Of a stretch of DNA of 64,000 bases, positions 27,538-37,102 are shown one piece after another. The notes below the pieces were generated by a model. It was not told the origin of the DNA. It saw only the letters and a program-made list of their open reading frames with translations, and made no database searches. This DNA comes from Myxococcota bacterium (GTDB taxonomy: Bacteria; Myxococcota_A; UBA9160; JAFDDA01). The translations under genes and the position numbers were made by a program. Every line of letters begins with the position of its first letter. The stretch's first letter is position 1. The stretch spans positions 3,712,001-3,776,000 of the forward strand of contig OZ245817.1 in assembly GCA_965228475.1 (NCBI GenBank). Reading direction: 5' to 3'.

Positions 27538-29753
27538 AGACGCACGGCGCGAAGCCGCAGGGCGTTCCCGATCACCGAGACCGAGGAGAGACTCATCGCC
27601 GCGGCGGCGAGCATCGGGGAGAGCAGGATCCCGAAGAAGGGATAGAGCGCACCGGCCGCGATCGGGACGCCGAGCGTGTTGTAGGCGAAGGCGAAGGCCA
27701 GGTTCTCGCGGATGTTGCGCACCGTCGCCCGGCCCAGGCGGAAGGCCCGAGCCAGGGCCGCGAGATCGCCGCGCACGAGCGTCACGTCCGCGGCTTCGAG
27801 CGCGACGTCCGAACCATCGCCCATGGCGATCCCGACGTGGGCCGCGGCCAGGGCCGGCGCGTCGTTGATCCCGTCGCCGGCCATCGCGACCGTGGCACCC
27901 TCCGAGCGGAGGCGTTCGAGATGGGCCGCCTTCTCCTCGGGCAGAACCCCGCCGTGCCGGTCGTCGATGCCGAGCGAGCTCGCCACCGCCCCCACCGTGG
28001 TCACGGCGTCCCCCGAGAGCAGGACGATGCGGAGGTTCGCAGCCCGGAGCGCCGCGAGGGACTCGGCCGCATTCGGCTTCACGGGGTCCTCGACGGCCAG
28101 GAGCGCGGCCACGCGGCCGCCGCGGACGAGGAAGCTCACCGTGGCGCCGGCCTCCCGCAGCCTTTCCGCGCGCTCGGCGAGCGGGCCGGCGTCGAGGCCC
28201 GCGCCCGCGAGCATGGACGCGTTCCCGAAGCGCACGTCCTGCCCCGCGACGGTCCCGGACACGCCCTGACCCGGATGCGAGAGGAAGCCTTCCAGCACCG
28301 GAACGTCGAGCCCGCGTTCCGCGGCGGCGCGCAGCACCGCTCCCGCCAGCGGGTGCTCGCTCGGCCGTTCGAGCGCCGCCGCGAGCGTCAATGCCTCGTC
28401 GGCCCCGAGGCCCGCACCCGCGGCCGGTTCGATCTGCGTGACGACCGGGCGCCCCAGCGTGAGCGTCCCGGTCTTGTCGAGCACGAGCACGTCGACCTCG
28501 GAGAGCCGCTCGATGGCCTCCGCGTTGCGGAAGAGAACGCCGGCCGCGGCGCCGCGGCCCATGGCCACGGTGACGGACATCGGTGTCGCCAGGCCGAGCG
28601 CGCACGGGCAGGCGATCACGAGCACCGCGACGCTCGCGAGCAGGGCGTGGGCCAGCCGCGGCTCCGGCCCGAACGCCGCCCAGCCGAGGAACGCCAGTAC
28701 GGCCACGGCGCAGACGGCGGGCACGAAGACCTCCGCCACGCGGTCCGCGCCCGCCTGCAGCGGCGCGCGGCTGCGCTGGGCCTCGGCGACCCGCGCGACG
28801 ATCCGGGAGAGGAGCGTCTCCTCCCCGGTGTGTACGACTTCGAGGAGGAAGCTTCCGCGGCCGTTCAGCGTGCCGCCGATGACCTCGGCCCCCGGCCCCC
28901 GCTCGACGGGGATCGGCTCGCCCGAAACCATCGACTCGTCGATGGCGCTGTGCCCCTCGACGACGATGCCGTCGGCGGGAACCCGGCCTCCGGGACGGAC
29001 GCGCAGACGGTCCCCGGCCACGAGCGCGCCGACCGGCACGATCTCCTCGCTCCCGTCCGGCCCCACGCGGCAGGCCGTCTCGGGAGCCAGTTCGAGCAGG
29101 GCGCGCAGGGCCCTGCCCGTGGCCGCGCGCGCGCGAAGCTCGAGCACCTGGCCGAGCAGGACGAGGGCGATGATCACGACCGCGGACTCGAAGTAGACGG
29201 GCACCCGCCCATCGGCCTCTCGGAACGCGTCCGGGAAGATCCCCGGCGCGAAACTCGCCGTCAGGCTGTAGAGCCAGGCCACGCCGGTCCCGAGCGCGAT
29301 GAGCGTGAACATGTTCGGATGCCCGTTGCGAACCGAAGCCCAGCCGCGCCGGAAGAAGGGCGCGCCGCAGCCGAGCACGACGACGGTCGAGAGCAGCGCT
29401 TCGAGCGGCCGGAGCAGCGCCGGCAGGGAGAGCGCGGGAACCATCTGGGCCATCGTCAGGACGAGCACGGGCAGCCCGAAGACCACACTCACGGCGAAGC
29501 GCCGCGTCATCTCCCGGAGTTCGCCGTCGTCCTCGCTGGCGGGAACCCCCATGGGCTCGAGGGCCATCCCGCAGATCGGGCAATCGCCGGGCCCCTCCTT
29601 CACGACTTCGGGATGCATCGGGCAGGTCGTCCGCTCACCCGCGGCGACGGCCGGACGCGGGGCGCCGGGGTCGTGGCATGCACCGCCCCCCGCCTCCGCC
29701 GCGTGGCAGGAACCGGGCTCGTTCTGGCCGTTCTGGATGGGATGCGACGCCAT
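27534..29753 (-). CDS. copA: Cu(I)/Ag(I)-translocating P1B-type ATPase
   Basis: TCPMHPE..CPICGMAL metal-binding domain, SGE, ACPCALGLATP, DKTGT, SEHP, GDGINDAPALA, YN and MxxSS. Confidence 0.93.
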   Translation of the reverse strand: MASHPIQNGQNEPGSCHAAEAGGGACHDPGAPRPAVAAGERTTCPMHPEVVKEGPGDCPICGMALEPMGVPASEDDGELREMTRRFAVSVVFGLPVLVLTMAQMVPALSLPALLRPLEALLSTVVVLGCGAPFFRRGWASVRNGHPNMFTLIALGTGVAWLYSLTASFAPGIFPDAFREADGRVPVYFESAVVIIALVLLGQVLELRARAATGRALRALLELAPETACRVGPDGSEEIVPVGALVAGDRLRVRPGGRVPADGIVVEGHSAIDESMVSGEPIPVERGPGAEVIGGTLNGRGSFLLEVVHTGEETLLSRIVARVAEAQRSRAPLQAGADRVAEVFVPAVCAVAVLAFLGWAAFGPEPRLAHALLASVAVLVIACPCALGLATPMSVTVAMGRGAAAGVLFRNAEAIERLSEVDVLVLDKTGTLTLGRPVVTQIEPAAGAGLGADEALTLAAALERPSEHPLAGAVLRAAAERGLDVPVLEGFLSHPGQGVSGTVAGQDVRFGNASMLAGAGLDAGPLAERAERLREAGATVSFLVRGGRVAALLAVEDPVKPNAAESLAALRAANLRIVLLSGDAVTTVGAVASSLGIDDRHGGVLPEEKAAHLERLRSEGATVAMAGDGINDAPALAAAHVGIAMGDGSDVALEAADVTLVRGDLAALARAFRLGRATVRNIRENLAFAFAYNTLGVPIAAGALYPFFGILLSPMLAAAAMSLSSVSVIGNALRLRAVRL

Positions 29754-29780
29754 GACTGATACCCCCATAGGGTATCAGTC
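29754..29780. promoter_or_regulatory. CsoR/RcnR-type operator
   Basis: Perfect 11-bp arms GACTGATACCC-N5-GGGTATCAGTC with TAC-C-tract/G-tract-GTA core, abutting the ATPase start. Confidence 0.8.
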
Positions 29781-29782
29781 GG

Positions 29783-30430
29783 TCACCCCTTCGGCATCTT
29801 CGCCTGGTAGCCCATCATCTCTGCCGCCTCGGCGGCGATGGAAGGCCGGGCCCCGGCCCGCTCGAGCCACGCCGAGAGCCGCTCGTGCCCGGCATCGACC
29901 GGGAGGCCCAGCGTCGCCGAGAACAGGCAGACCAGGTAGACCGTCACGTCCACCACCGAGAACTCACCGCAGAACCAGTCGCGCCCCTCGAGCCGGGCGT
30001 CGAGCGCCGCGTGGTGCTCCGCGATCTGCTTGCGGGCCTCGGCGATCGCCGCCGCGTCGCCCGAGCCATCGGGCTTGTAGAAGACCTCGAGGATCAGGGT
30101 GTAGACCGGGGGGAAGAACACTTCGTCCGCGAAGAGTTCGAGCTGCCGGCACTCGGCCTTGGCCGCCGGCTCGGCCGGGTAGAGGGGCGGCTCGGGCGTC
30201 CGGTCCTCCAGGTACTCGAGGATCACGGTCGAATCCGTCAGCACGAGGTCGCCGTCGACCAGCACCGGGACCTGGGACTTCGGGTTCAGCCGAACCACCT
30301 CGGGGTGCTTGGGCTCGTAGCCCTGGGGCCCGAACGGCACCTCGATGCGCTCGACCGGAATCCCCTTCTCTCGCAGGGCGATCCGGACCTTGGCGGTGAA
30401 CAGGGAAAGCGGGCCGCTGTAGAGCTTCAT
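29783..30430 (-). CDS. Glutathione S-transferase family protein
   Basis: KVRIALREK, NPKSQVPVLVDG..DSTVILEYLE, FSVVD. Confidence 0.9.
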   Translation of the reverse strand: MKLYSGPLSLFTAKVRIALREKGIPVERIEVPFGPQGYEPKHPEVVRLNPKSQVPVLVDGDLVLTDSTVILEYLEDRTPEPPLYPAEPAAKAECRQLELFADEVFFPPVYTLILEVFYKPDGSGDAAAIAEARKQIAEHHAALDARLEGRDWFCGEFSVVDVTVYLVCLFSATLGLPVDAGHERLSAWLERAGARPSIAAEAAEMMGYQAKMPKG

Positions 30431-30557
30431 GATGCCTCCGGGCGCAGTCCGAAAGGTGCGCCCGCAGGCCGCGCCGGGAAAGGGCCAAATCGCACGGAGC
30501 ACCCGGGGCCACTTGCCGCAGTGGAAGGGGTGCAGCTTCCGGCCCTACCTTTGGGCC

Positions 30558-31196
30558 ATGCGACACGCACACCCCCTTTCCTGGGCCCTCCTTCTGACCG
30601 CAACCCTCGGCCTCCTGGGCGCGGACTGCTCGACGCGCTGGAAGCAGCGCATGTACGAAGGCGGCGGACGCGACGAATGGCAGCAGCCGGACCGCGTGGT
30701 CGAGACCCTCGGCCTCGCCCCGGACGCCCGCGTCGCGGACGTCGGTTCGGGCAGCGGCTACTTCACGGTCCGTCTGGCCCGGGCGCTCGGGCCGGAGGGC
30801 CGCGTGTTCGCGATCGACGTCGACCCGGACATCAACGGCCTCCTCGAGGACCGACTCGCCGAGGAGGGCATCGAAAACGTCGAAGTCCGCCTGGCCAGCG
30901 AAACGGATCCGGGCCTGCCCGAGAACGTCAACCTCGTCTTCACGAGCAACACCTACCACCACCTGCCCGATCGGACGGCCTACTTCGAGCGGGTGAAGGA
31001 TTCGCTCGCGCCCGGCGGGCGCGTCGCCATCGTCGAGTACTCGCCCGAGACCGGCGGCTGGTTCGTCCGCACCTTCGACCACGCGACGGCGGAGGCCGAG
31101 ATCGTCTCGGAGATGGAGGCGGCGGGATACCGGCTCGAAGCGTCCTACGACTTCCTCGAGCGCCAGAGCTTCCTCGTCTTCTCGCCAGCGGACTGA
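30558..31196 (+). CDS. Class I SAM-dependent methyltransferase with N-terminal signal-like segment
   Basis: Hydrophobic leader, RDEWQQP, VADVGSGSGYF, TYHH, LAPGGRVAIVE. Confidence 0.82.
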   Translation: MRHAHPLSWALLLTATLGLLGADCSTRWKQRMYEGGGRDEWQQPDRVVETLGLAPDARVADVGSGSGYFTVRLARALGPEGRVFAIDVDPDINGLLEDRLAEEGIENVEVRLASETDPGLPENVNLVFTSNTYHHLPDRTAYFERVKDSLAPGGRVAIVEYSPETGGWFVRTFDHATAEAEIVSEMEAAGYRLEASYDFLERQSFLVFSPAD

Positions 31197-31217
31197 GCGC
31201 ACCGCGGAGCTCGACGC

Positions 31218-32021
31218 CTAGACGTCCCAGACCATCCGGACCTCGGCATCCTCGTCGAGCAGCCCCACCGGGCTCTGCTTGTCGATGTGGCCGATCAGGT
31301 GGTTGTAGACGCCGTAGCCGACGAGCTCGCGCAGCCGCGGGGAGAACCCACGCGCGATCTCGCGGGGAATGCCGAGCTGCTGGTTCTCCTGCTGGCGCAC
31401 CCAGCCCGCGCAGTAGTTCATGGCAATGCCGACGCGCCGGGCGCCTGTGCGATTCGCCCCGCCCCCGTGCCAGAGCGAGCCGTGGTAGACGACGACGCTC
31501 CCGGCGGGCATCTCCGCGGGGATCGTCTCGTGGGGCTCGCGCGGGTCCGGCCAGCGGTCCGCCTTGTGGGAGCCCGGGACGAGGCGGGTCGCGCCGTTCT
31601 CCTCCGTGAAGTCCGTGATCGCCCAGATCGTGTTGCACACGAGCGGGACGTGGGGCTTCGGCAGCGGGATCAGCTGATCGTCCGCGTGCAGCGGCTGCGG
31701 CACCTCGTCGGCGCCGATCGCGATGCTCGAGAGCGAGGAGATCAGGCACCCGCGGTCGAGCACGCCCTCCACCACCGGCAGAACGTTCTCGTGGACGGGG
31801 ATCTCCTCGAACACCTTCCCGTGCACGAGCAGGTTGTAGATGCGGTGGGTCTTGAAGCCTTCGAAGGGGTTCTTGCCCGGGTCGATCGCGAGGTCCTTCT
31901 CGAGCCGCTCGAGGGCCTCGGCGATGGCCGCCACCCGTTCGGGCTCGATGGCGTTCTCGAGGATCGTGTAGCCCCGGTCTTCGATCTCGGCGAGGTGCCG
32001 CTTCACGTGCTCGGATTGCAT
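31218..32021 (-). CDS. Phytanoyl-CoA dioxygenase (PhyH) family 2OG-Fe(II) oxygenase
   Basis: QPLHAD, DFTEENGAT..PGSH, WHGGGAN..R. Confidence 0.88.
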   Translation of the reverse strand: MQSEHVKRHLAEIEDRGYTILENAIEPERVAAIAEALERLEKDLAIDPGKNPFEGFKTHRIYNLLVHGKVFEEIPVHENVLPVVEGVLDRGCLISSLSSIAIGADEVPQPLHADDQLIPLPKPHVPLVCNTIWAITDFTEENGATRLVPGSHKADRWPDPREPHETIPAEMPAGSVVVYHGSLWHGGGANRTGARRVGIAMNYCAGWVRQQENQQLGIPREIARGFSPRLRELVGYGVYNHLIGHIDKQSPVGLLDEDAEVRMVWDV

Positions 32022-32086
32022 GGCCCGAGGGTGCCACGCGGCGCGGAACACCCGCAAGCGCGACGGCCCGGCCCCGGATGCACGAA

Positions 32087-32113
32087 GCCCCGCCAGCCGA
32101 TGGCTGACGGGGC
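32087..32113 (-). terminator. Hairpin downstream of flagellin, probable terminator
   Basis: GCCCCGCCAGCC-GAT-GGCTGACGGGGC stem about 25 nt past the flagellin stop; weak U-tract. Confidence 0.6.
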
Positions 32114-32137
32114 CCGTGTTGCCTTTGCCGATTCGCC

Positions 32138-32956
32138 CTAGAGCAGCGACAGGGCGATGGACGTGGACACGTTGGCCTGGGCCAGAACGCTCACGCCCGC
32201 CTGCTGGAGCACCTGGGTGCGCGTCAGGCTCGCCGTCTCCGAAGCCACGTCGACGTCCCGGATGCGCGACTCGGCGGCCGAGAGGTTCTCGACGGCCGTC
32301 GCGATCGAGCGCACGGTGGACTCGAGGCGGTTCTGCGTGGTACCGAAGGTCGCCCGCAGCGAAGCGACGCTCGCGATGGCGCTGTCGAGCACGCCGAGCG
32401 CCGACTGGGCCGCCCCGGCCGAGGACACCGAGAGGCTCTGCACGCCGAGGCCCGAGGCCGTCGCCGTCACGCCGCTCACGGTGATCTGGTCCGAGGACGT
32501 TCCGTTCGCACCGACCTGGAAGTTGATGCCCGAGGCGCCGGCCAGGATCGAGATGCCGTTGAACTCGGTCACCTGCGCGATCCGGTCGATCTCGGAGATC
32601 AGGTCCGTCACTTCCTGGTTGAGCGACGACCGCTCGGCACTTCCGAGCGTTCCGTTGGACGCCTGAACCGCCAGCTCGCGGATGCGGATCAGGATGTTGC
32701 CGGTCTCGTCCAGCGCACCTTCACCGATCTGAACGAGCGACACGGCGTCGAGCGCGTTGCGCTGCGCCTGCTCGAGGCTGCGAATCTCGGCGCGGAACGA
32801 TTCCGAGATCGCGAGACCCGCCGCATCGTCGGCCGCCCGATTGATGCGCTGTCCCGAAGACAGACGCTCGAGCGAACGATTCAGGTTCGACGTCGTGTTG
32901 GCGAGGTTTCGCTGCGCGTTCAGCGAAGCCACATTGGTATTGACTCGAAGCCCCAT
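32138..32956 (-). CDS. fliC: Flagellin (short, 272 aa)
   Basis: AAGGAGG RBS; MGLRVNTNVASL, ERLSSGQRINRAADDAAGL, QNRLE, ESRIRDVDVA, SVLAQAN. Confidence 0.96.
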   Translation of the reverse strand: MGLRVNTNVASLNAQRNLANTTSNLNRSLERLSSGQRINRAADDAAGLAISESFRAEIRSLEQAQRNALDAVSLVQIGEGALDETGNILIRIRELAVQASNGTLGSAERSSLNQEVTDLISEIDRIAQVTEFNGISILAGASGINFQVGANGTSSDQITVSGVTATASGLGVQSLSVSSAGAAQSALGVLDSAIASVASLRATFGTTQNRLESTVRSIATAVENLSAAESRIRDVDVASETASLTRTQVLQQAGVSVLAQANVSTSIALSLL

Positions 32957-33048
32957 GGGATCCTCCTTGCATGCCTTGCTTGGGGGGGAGGCACCTTCCC
33001 TGGCGCTCCCTGCATTCACGTCCGGCCAATCCGGATGTGGGGGGAAAG

Positions 33049-33064
33049 AGCAAGACGAGTGCCA
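33049..33064 (-). promoter_or_regulatory. Sigma54 -24/-12 promoter of flagellin
   Basis: TGGCAC-TCGTC-TTGCT, exact match to the consensus, about 90 nt upstream of the start. Confidence 0.8.
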
Positions 33065-33269
33065 GACACCGCACCCCTCGATCCAGAAAGCCCAGCACGC
33101 ACGGACGGGTTTCAAGACGAAAGACGTAGGGCTTTCGATGCGCCGCAACTGCCTGGGAAACACACGCTTTTCGTCGTGCAGGCGGTGCGCGCGGAGGCGG
33201 CGGCCGCGTTTCGATCTGAACGATCGTGCAACCTGAAACGCAGGGGCTTCGGTGGTATGGTCGCGCGCC

Positions 33270-33968
33270 ATGAGCGACCTCCTCTCCTACGGCCTCCAAG
33301 ACGACGTCGCCGTCCTGCGCATGGACGACGGCAAGGCGAACGCCCTCTCCCACGCGATGATCGATGCGCTGCGCAAGGCGCTCGACCGCGCCGAGAGCGA
33401 GGCGGGCGCCGTAGCCCTGCTCGGCCGCCCGGGACGGCTCTCGGCAGGCTTCGATCTCTCGGTGATGAAGGACGGGCCCGACGCCGCGCGCGAGCTCGTC
33501 ACGGCCGGCGCGGAGCTGCTCCTGCGCCTCTACGAGTTCCCGCTGCCGACCGTCACCGGCGCGAGCGGACACGCCCTGGCGGCAGGAGCGCTCGTGCTGT
33601 GCGCATCCGACACCCGCATCGGCGCACGCGGCGACTTCAAGATCGGCCTGAACGAGACGGCGATCGGCATGGCGCTGCCGATCTTCGGCGTGGAGTTCGC
33701 ACGGGACCGGCTCTCGAAGCGGCACTTCACCGCAGCCGGCGTCCAGGCGCGCATCTACGACCCGGAAGGCGCCGTCGCCGCCGGCTACCTGGACCGCGTC
33801 GTCGATGCGGAAGAGCTCGAAGGGGCGGTGCTCGCCGAGGCGGGCGCGCTCGCGAAGCTCCCGCGCGGCGCCTATGCCGCGACGAAGCGCTCCTCGCGCC
33901 GCGCCACGATCGCCCACATTCGCGAGACCCTGGCCGAGGACATGGGCCGGATCTCGGGCGGGAACTGA
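33270..33968 (+). CDS. Crotonase/enoyl-CoA hydratase-isomerase family protein
   Basis: DDGKANALS, SAGFDL, GHALAAGA, IGLNE. Confidence 0.88.
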   Translation: MSDLLSYGLQDDVAVLRMDDGKANALSHAMIDALRKALDRAESEAGAVALLGRPGRLSAGFDLSVMKDGPDAARELVTAGAELLLRLYEFPLPTVTGASGHALAAGALVLCASDTRIGARGDFKIGLNETAIGMALPIFGVEFARDRLSKRHFTAAGVQARIYDPEGAVAAGYLDRVVDAEELEGAVLAEAGALAKLPRGAYAATKRSSRRATIAHIRETLAEDMGRISGGN

Positions 33969-34022
33969 TCCCGCCCGAGCCCCTGGTTGGCGGGCGCCGG
34001 AGCGCCCGCCTCGATCGCTGGC

Positions 34023-35129
<1,107 letters not shown>

Positions 35130-35154
35130 CGGGTCGGGCTCCTTCTTGGGGCGC

Positions 35155-35844
35155 TCACGCGGGCGACACGGCGGCAGCCCCGTTCGGGGCGCCGAGGTAG
35201 CTGAGAACGTTGCGGACGAGCTCGTCCGCGATCTCCGAGTCCGAGAGGACGCGCGCTCCCGCGCGCACCTCGCCGAACACGATCATCTGCTGCATGAATC
35301 CGAAGACGAGCTGGACGGCGAGATCCACCGCCAGCGCCGGATCCGGATGGCCGAACTCCTCGCGGCGTGCGTGGAGCAGCGAAACGAAGCGCGCCGAAGC
35401 ATCGCGGCGCAGGGCGCGGACTTCCTGCAGGGTGTCCGCAGTGCCCGTGGCGGCGCGGCCCATGAAGGCGACGAGCAGGGAGCGGCGGTCCTGGAAGACC
35501 TGGATCAGGGTCTCGATGCCGGCGCGAGCGATCTCCGGAATGCCGGCGCCGGCCCAGCGTCCGGGCGCGGCGATCTCGTCGAGCAGGTCGCGCATCTCGG
35601 CGAGGAAGCGCTCCTCGAGGGCGCGCAGCAGCTCGTCCTTGTCCTTGAAGCGGGCGTAGAAGCCGCCCACCGAAGAGCCGGCGCGGGCGACGATCTCCGG
35701 GACCGAGACGTCGGCGATGCCCTTCTCCGCGATCAGCGCCTCGGCCGCATCGAGCAGCCGCTGCAGCGTGGCCTCGCTACGGGCCTGCTTCGGCGCCGCG
35801 ACGGTGCGGAGCTGGGGCGGCTTGCGGGTGACGCGTCGGGACAT
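35155..35844 (-). CDS. TetR family transcriptional regulator
   Basis: PKQARS..T..RLLDAA, AGSSVGGFYARFKDK. Confidence 0.9.
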   Translation of the reverse strand: MSRRVTRKPPQLRTVAAPKQARSEATLQRLLDAAEALIAEKGIADVSVPEIVARAGSSVGGFYARFKDKDELLRALEERFLAEMRDLLDEIAAPGRWAGAGIPEIARAGIETLIQVFQDRRSLLVAFMGRAATGTADTLQEVRALRRDASARFVSLLHARREEFGHPDPALAVDLAVQLVFGFMQQMIVFGEVRAGARVLSDSEIADELVRNVLSYLGAPNGAAAVSPA

Positions 35845-35861
35845 GGGACTTCCTGGCAAGC

Positions 35862-35910
35862 AGAATCAGAATCGGATTCTTATATAGCATCGGACGGCTG
35901 AAGCTGACAA
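35862..35910 (-). promoter_or_regulatory. Sigma70-like promoter and dyad operator for the TetR-diiron operon
   Basis: TTGTCA-N18-TATATA with TG extension, directly followed by the dyad AGAATC-N7-GATTCT (35862-35880). Confidence 0.6.
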
Positions 35911-35941
35911 GATGCGGATAAACGTCAATTGAAACGAACGT

Positions 35942-37081
35942 TTACGGAGAGGTCTCGGCTGCGGCCTCGGGCGGCCCGGCCGAGGAGACTGCGGGAAGCG
36001 AGGCCGCAGCGGGCACCCAGACCAGGCTCGGAGCCGAAGCCGGCCGGAGCGGACGGGAAGCCGTCTCGGGGGTGGCGGCCCCTTCGCCCTGGTTCGTTTC
36101 GGCGTCGAAGTGGACCTGGCAGCGCAGGCCGGCGGGCAGACCGCGGTCGGGGTTGGGCAGATCGAGCTGGACGCCGAAGGTGCCGCTCGCGCCGTCGAGC
36201 ACCGGGTCCACGATGGCGACGCGCGCTTCGCGCTTCGCATCGAGCGGTGCCTCGGGCGTGATCTCGGCGCGGTCCCCCGGACGCATGCGCCCGAACCAGT
36301 CCGCCGGAAGGATCGCCTCCACGCGAAGCGGATCGATGCGGGCGATCTGGACGATCGTGTCGTCGTCGACCACTTCGCCGACGCCCCGGAGACGGTCGAT
36401 CACGACGCCGGAGACCGGCGCGCGAATCGTGCGGCGTTCTAGGTTGGCGCGGGCCTGCTCGAGCTGGAGGCCCGCGAGCCGGTGGTCTTCGCGTTCGCGC
36501 TCGAGTTCGAGCTCGGCGAGCTCGGCGTTCGCGCGGACTTCTTCCCGGGTGTCGAGGGAGAGGACGTCGCGCGAGAAGAGCTCCTCGGCGCGGTCGAGGC
36601 GCCGGCGGCTCAAGGCGAGCTGGGTCTGGCTCGCCGTGATTCCGTCGGTGCGCTCCGCCCGGGCCTGGGCGACGCGAAGGGCCGCCTCCTCGACGCTGGC
36701 TTCGAGCTTCGCAAGGACCTGGCCTTCTTCGACGTAGTCGCCGCGCTCCGCCGCGACCTCCGCGACCACACCGCTGACCGCGCTGCCGACGTCCACCATC
36801 TCGGTCGGCACGATCATGCAGTCGAAGGCACCGCCCTGCCCCGCCGCCGTCGACGCCGCCATCGATTGCGAGGGAGCCTGCCCGAGATCGTCGAGATCGA
36901 TTCCCGTCACCGTGCGCGGTTCGTCGGCCGTGCGCGCGACGGCCGGAGCGTTCTCCGGGACCGCCTCCTTGCGCGCAAAGCCCGGCATGAGCACGAGGCC
37001 GAAGCCGAGGAAGGCGGCCACGCCGCCGAGGGCCTTCAGGATCTGCTTGCGGCGGTCTTCTTTGGAAGTCGTCTCGTTCAT
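35942..37081 (-). CDS. Membrane fusion / periplasmic adaptor protein (HlyD/RND-MFP)
   Basis: One N-terminal TM, SGVVAEV..GDYVEEGQVLA lipoyl half, alpha hairpin, IRAPVSGVV, VDPVLDGASGT. Confidence 0.88.
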   Translation of the reverse strand: MNETTSKEDRRKQILKALGGVAAFLGFGLVLMPGFARKEAVPENAPAVARTADEPRTVTGIDLDDLGQAPSQSMAASTAAGQGGAFDCMIVPTEMVDVGSAVSGVVAEVAAERGDYVEEGQVLAKLEASVEEAALRVAQARAERTDGITASQTQLALSRRRLDRAEELFSRDVLSLDTREEVRANAELAELELEREREDHRLAGLQLEQARANLERRTIRAPVSGVVIDRLRGVGEVVDDDTIVQIARIDPLRVEAILPADWFGRMRPGDRAEITPEAPLDAKREARVAIVDPVLDGASGTFGVQLDLPNPDRGLPAGLRCQVHFDAETNQGEGAATPETASRPLRPASAPSLVWVPAAASLPAVSSAGPPEAAAETSP

Positions 37082-37102
37082 CGCCCTGGCTCGCTTCTTC
37101 GT

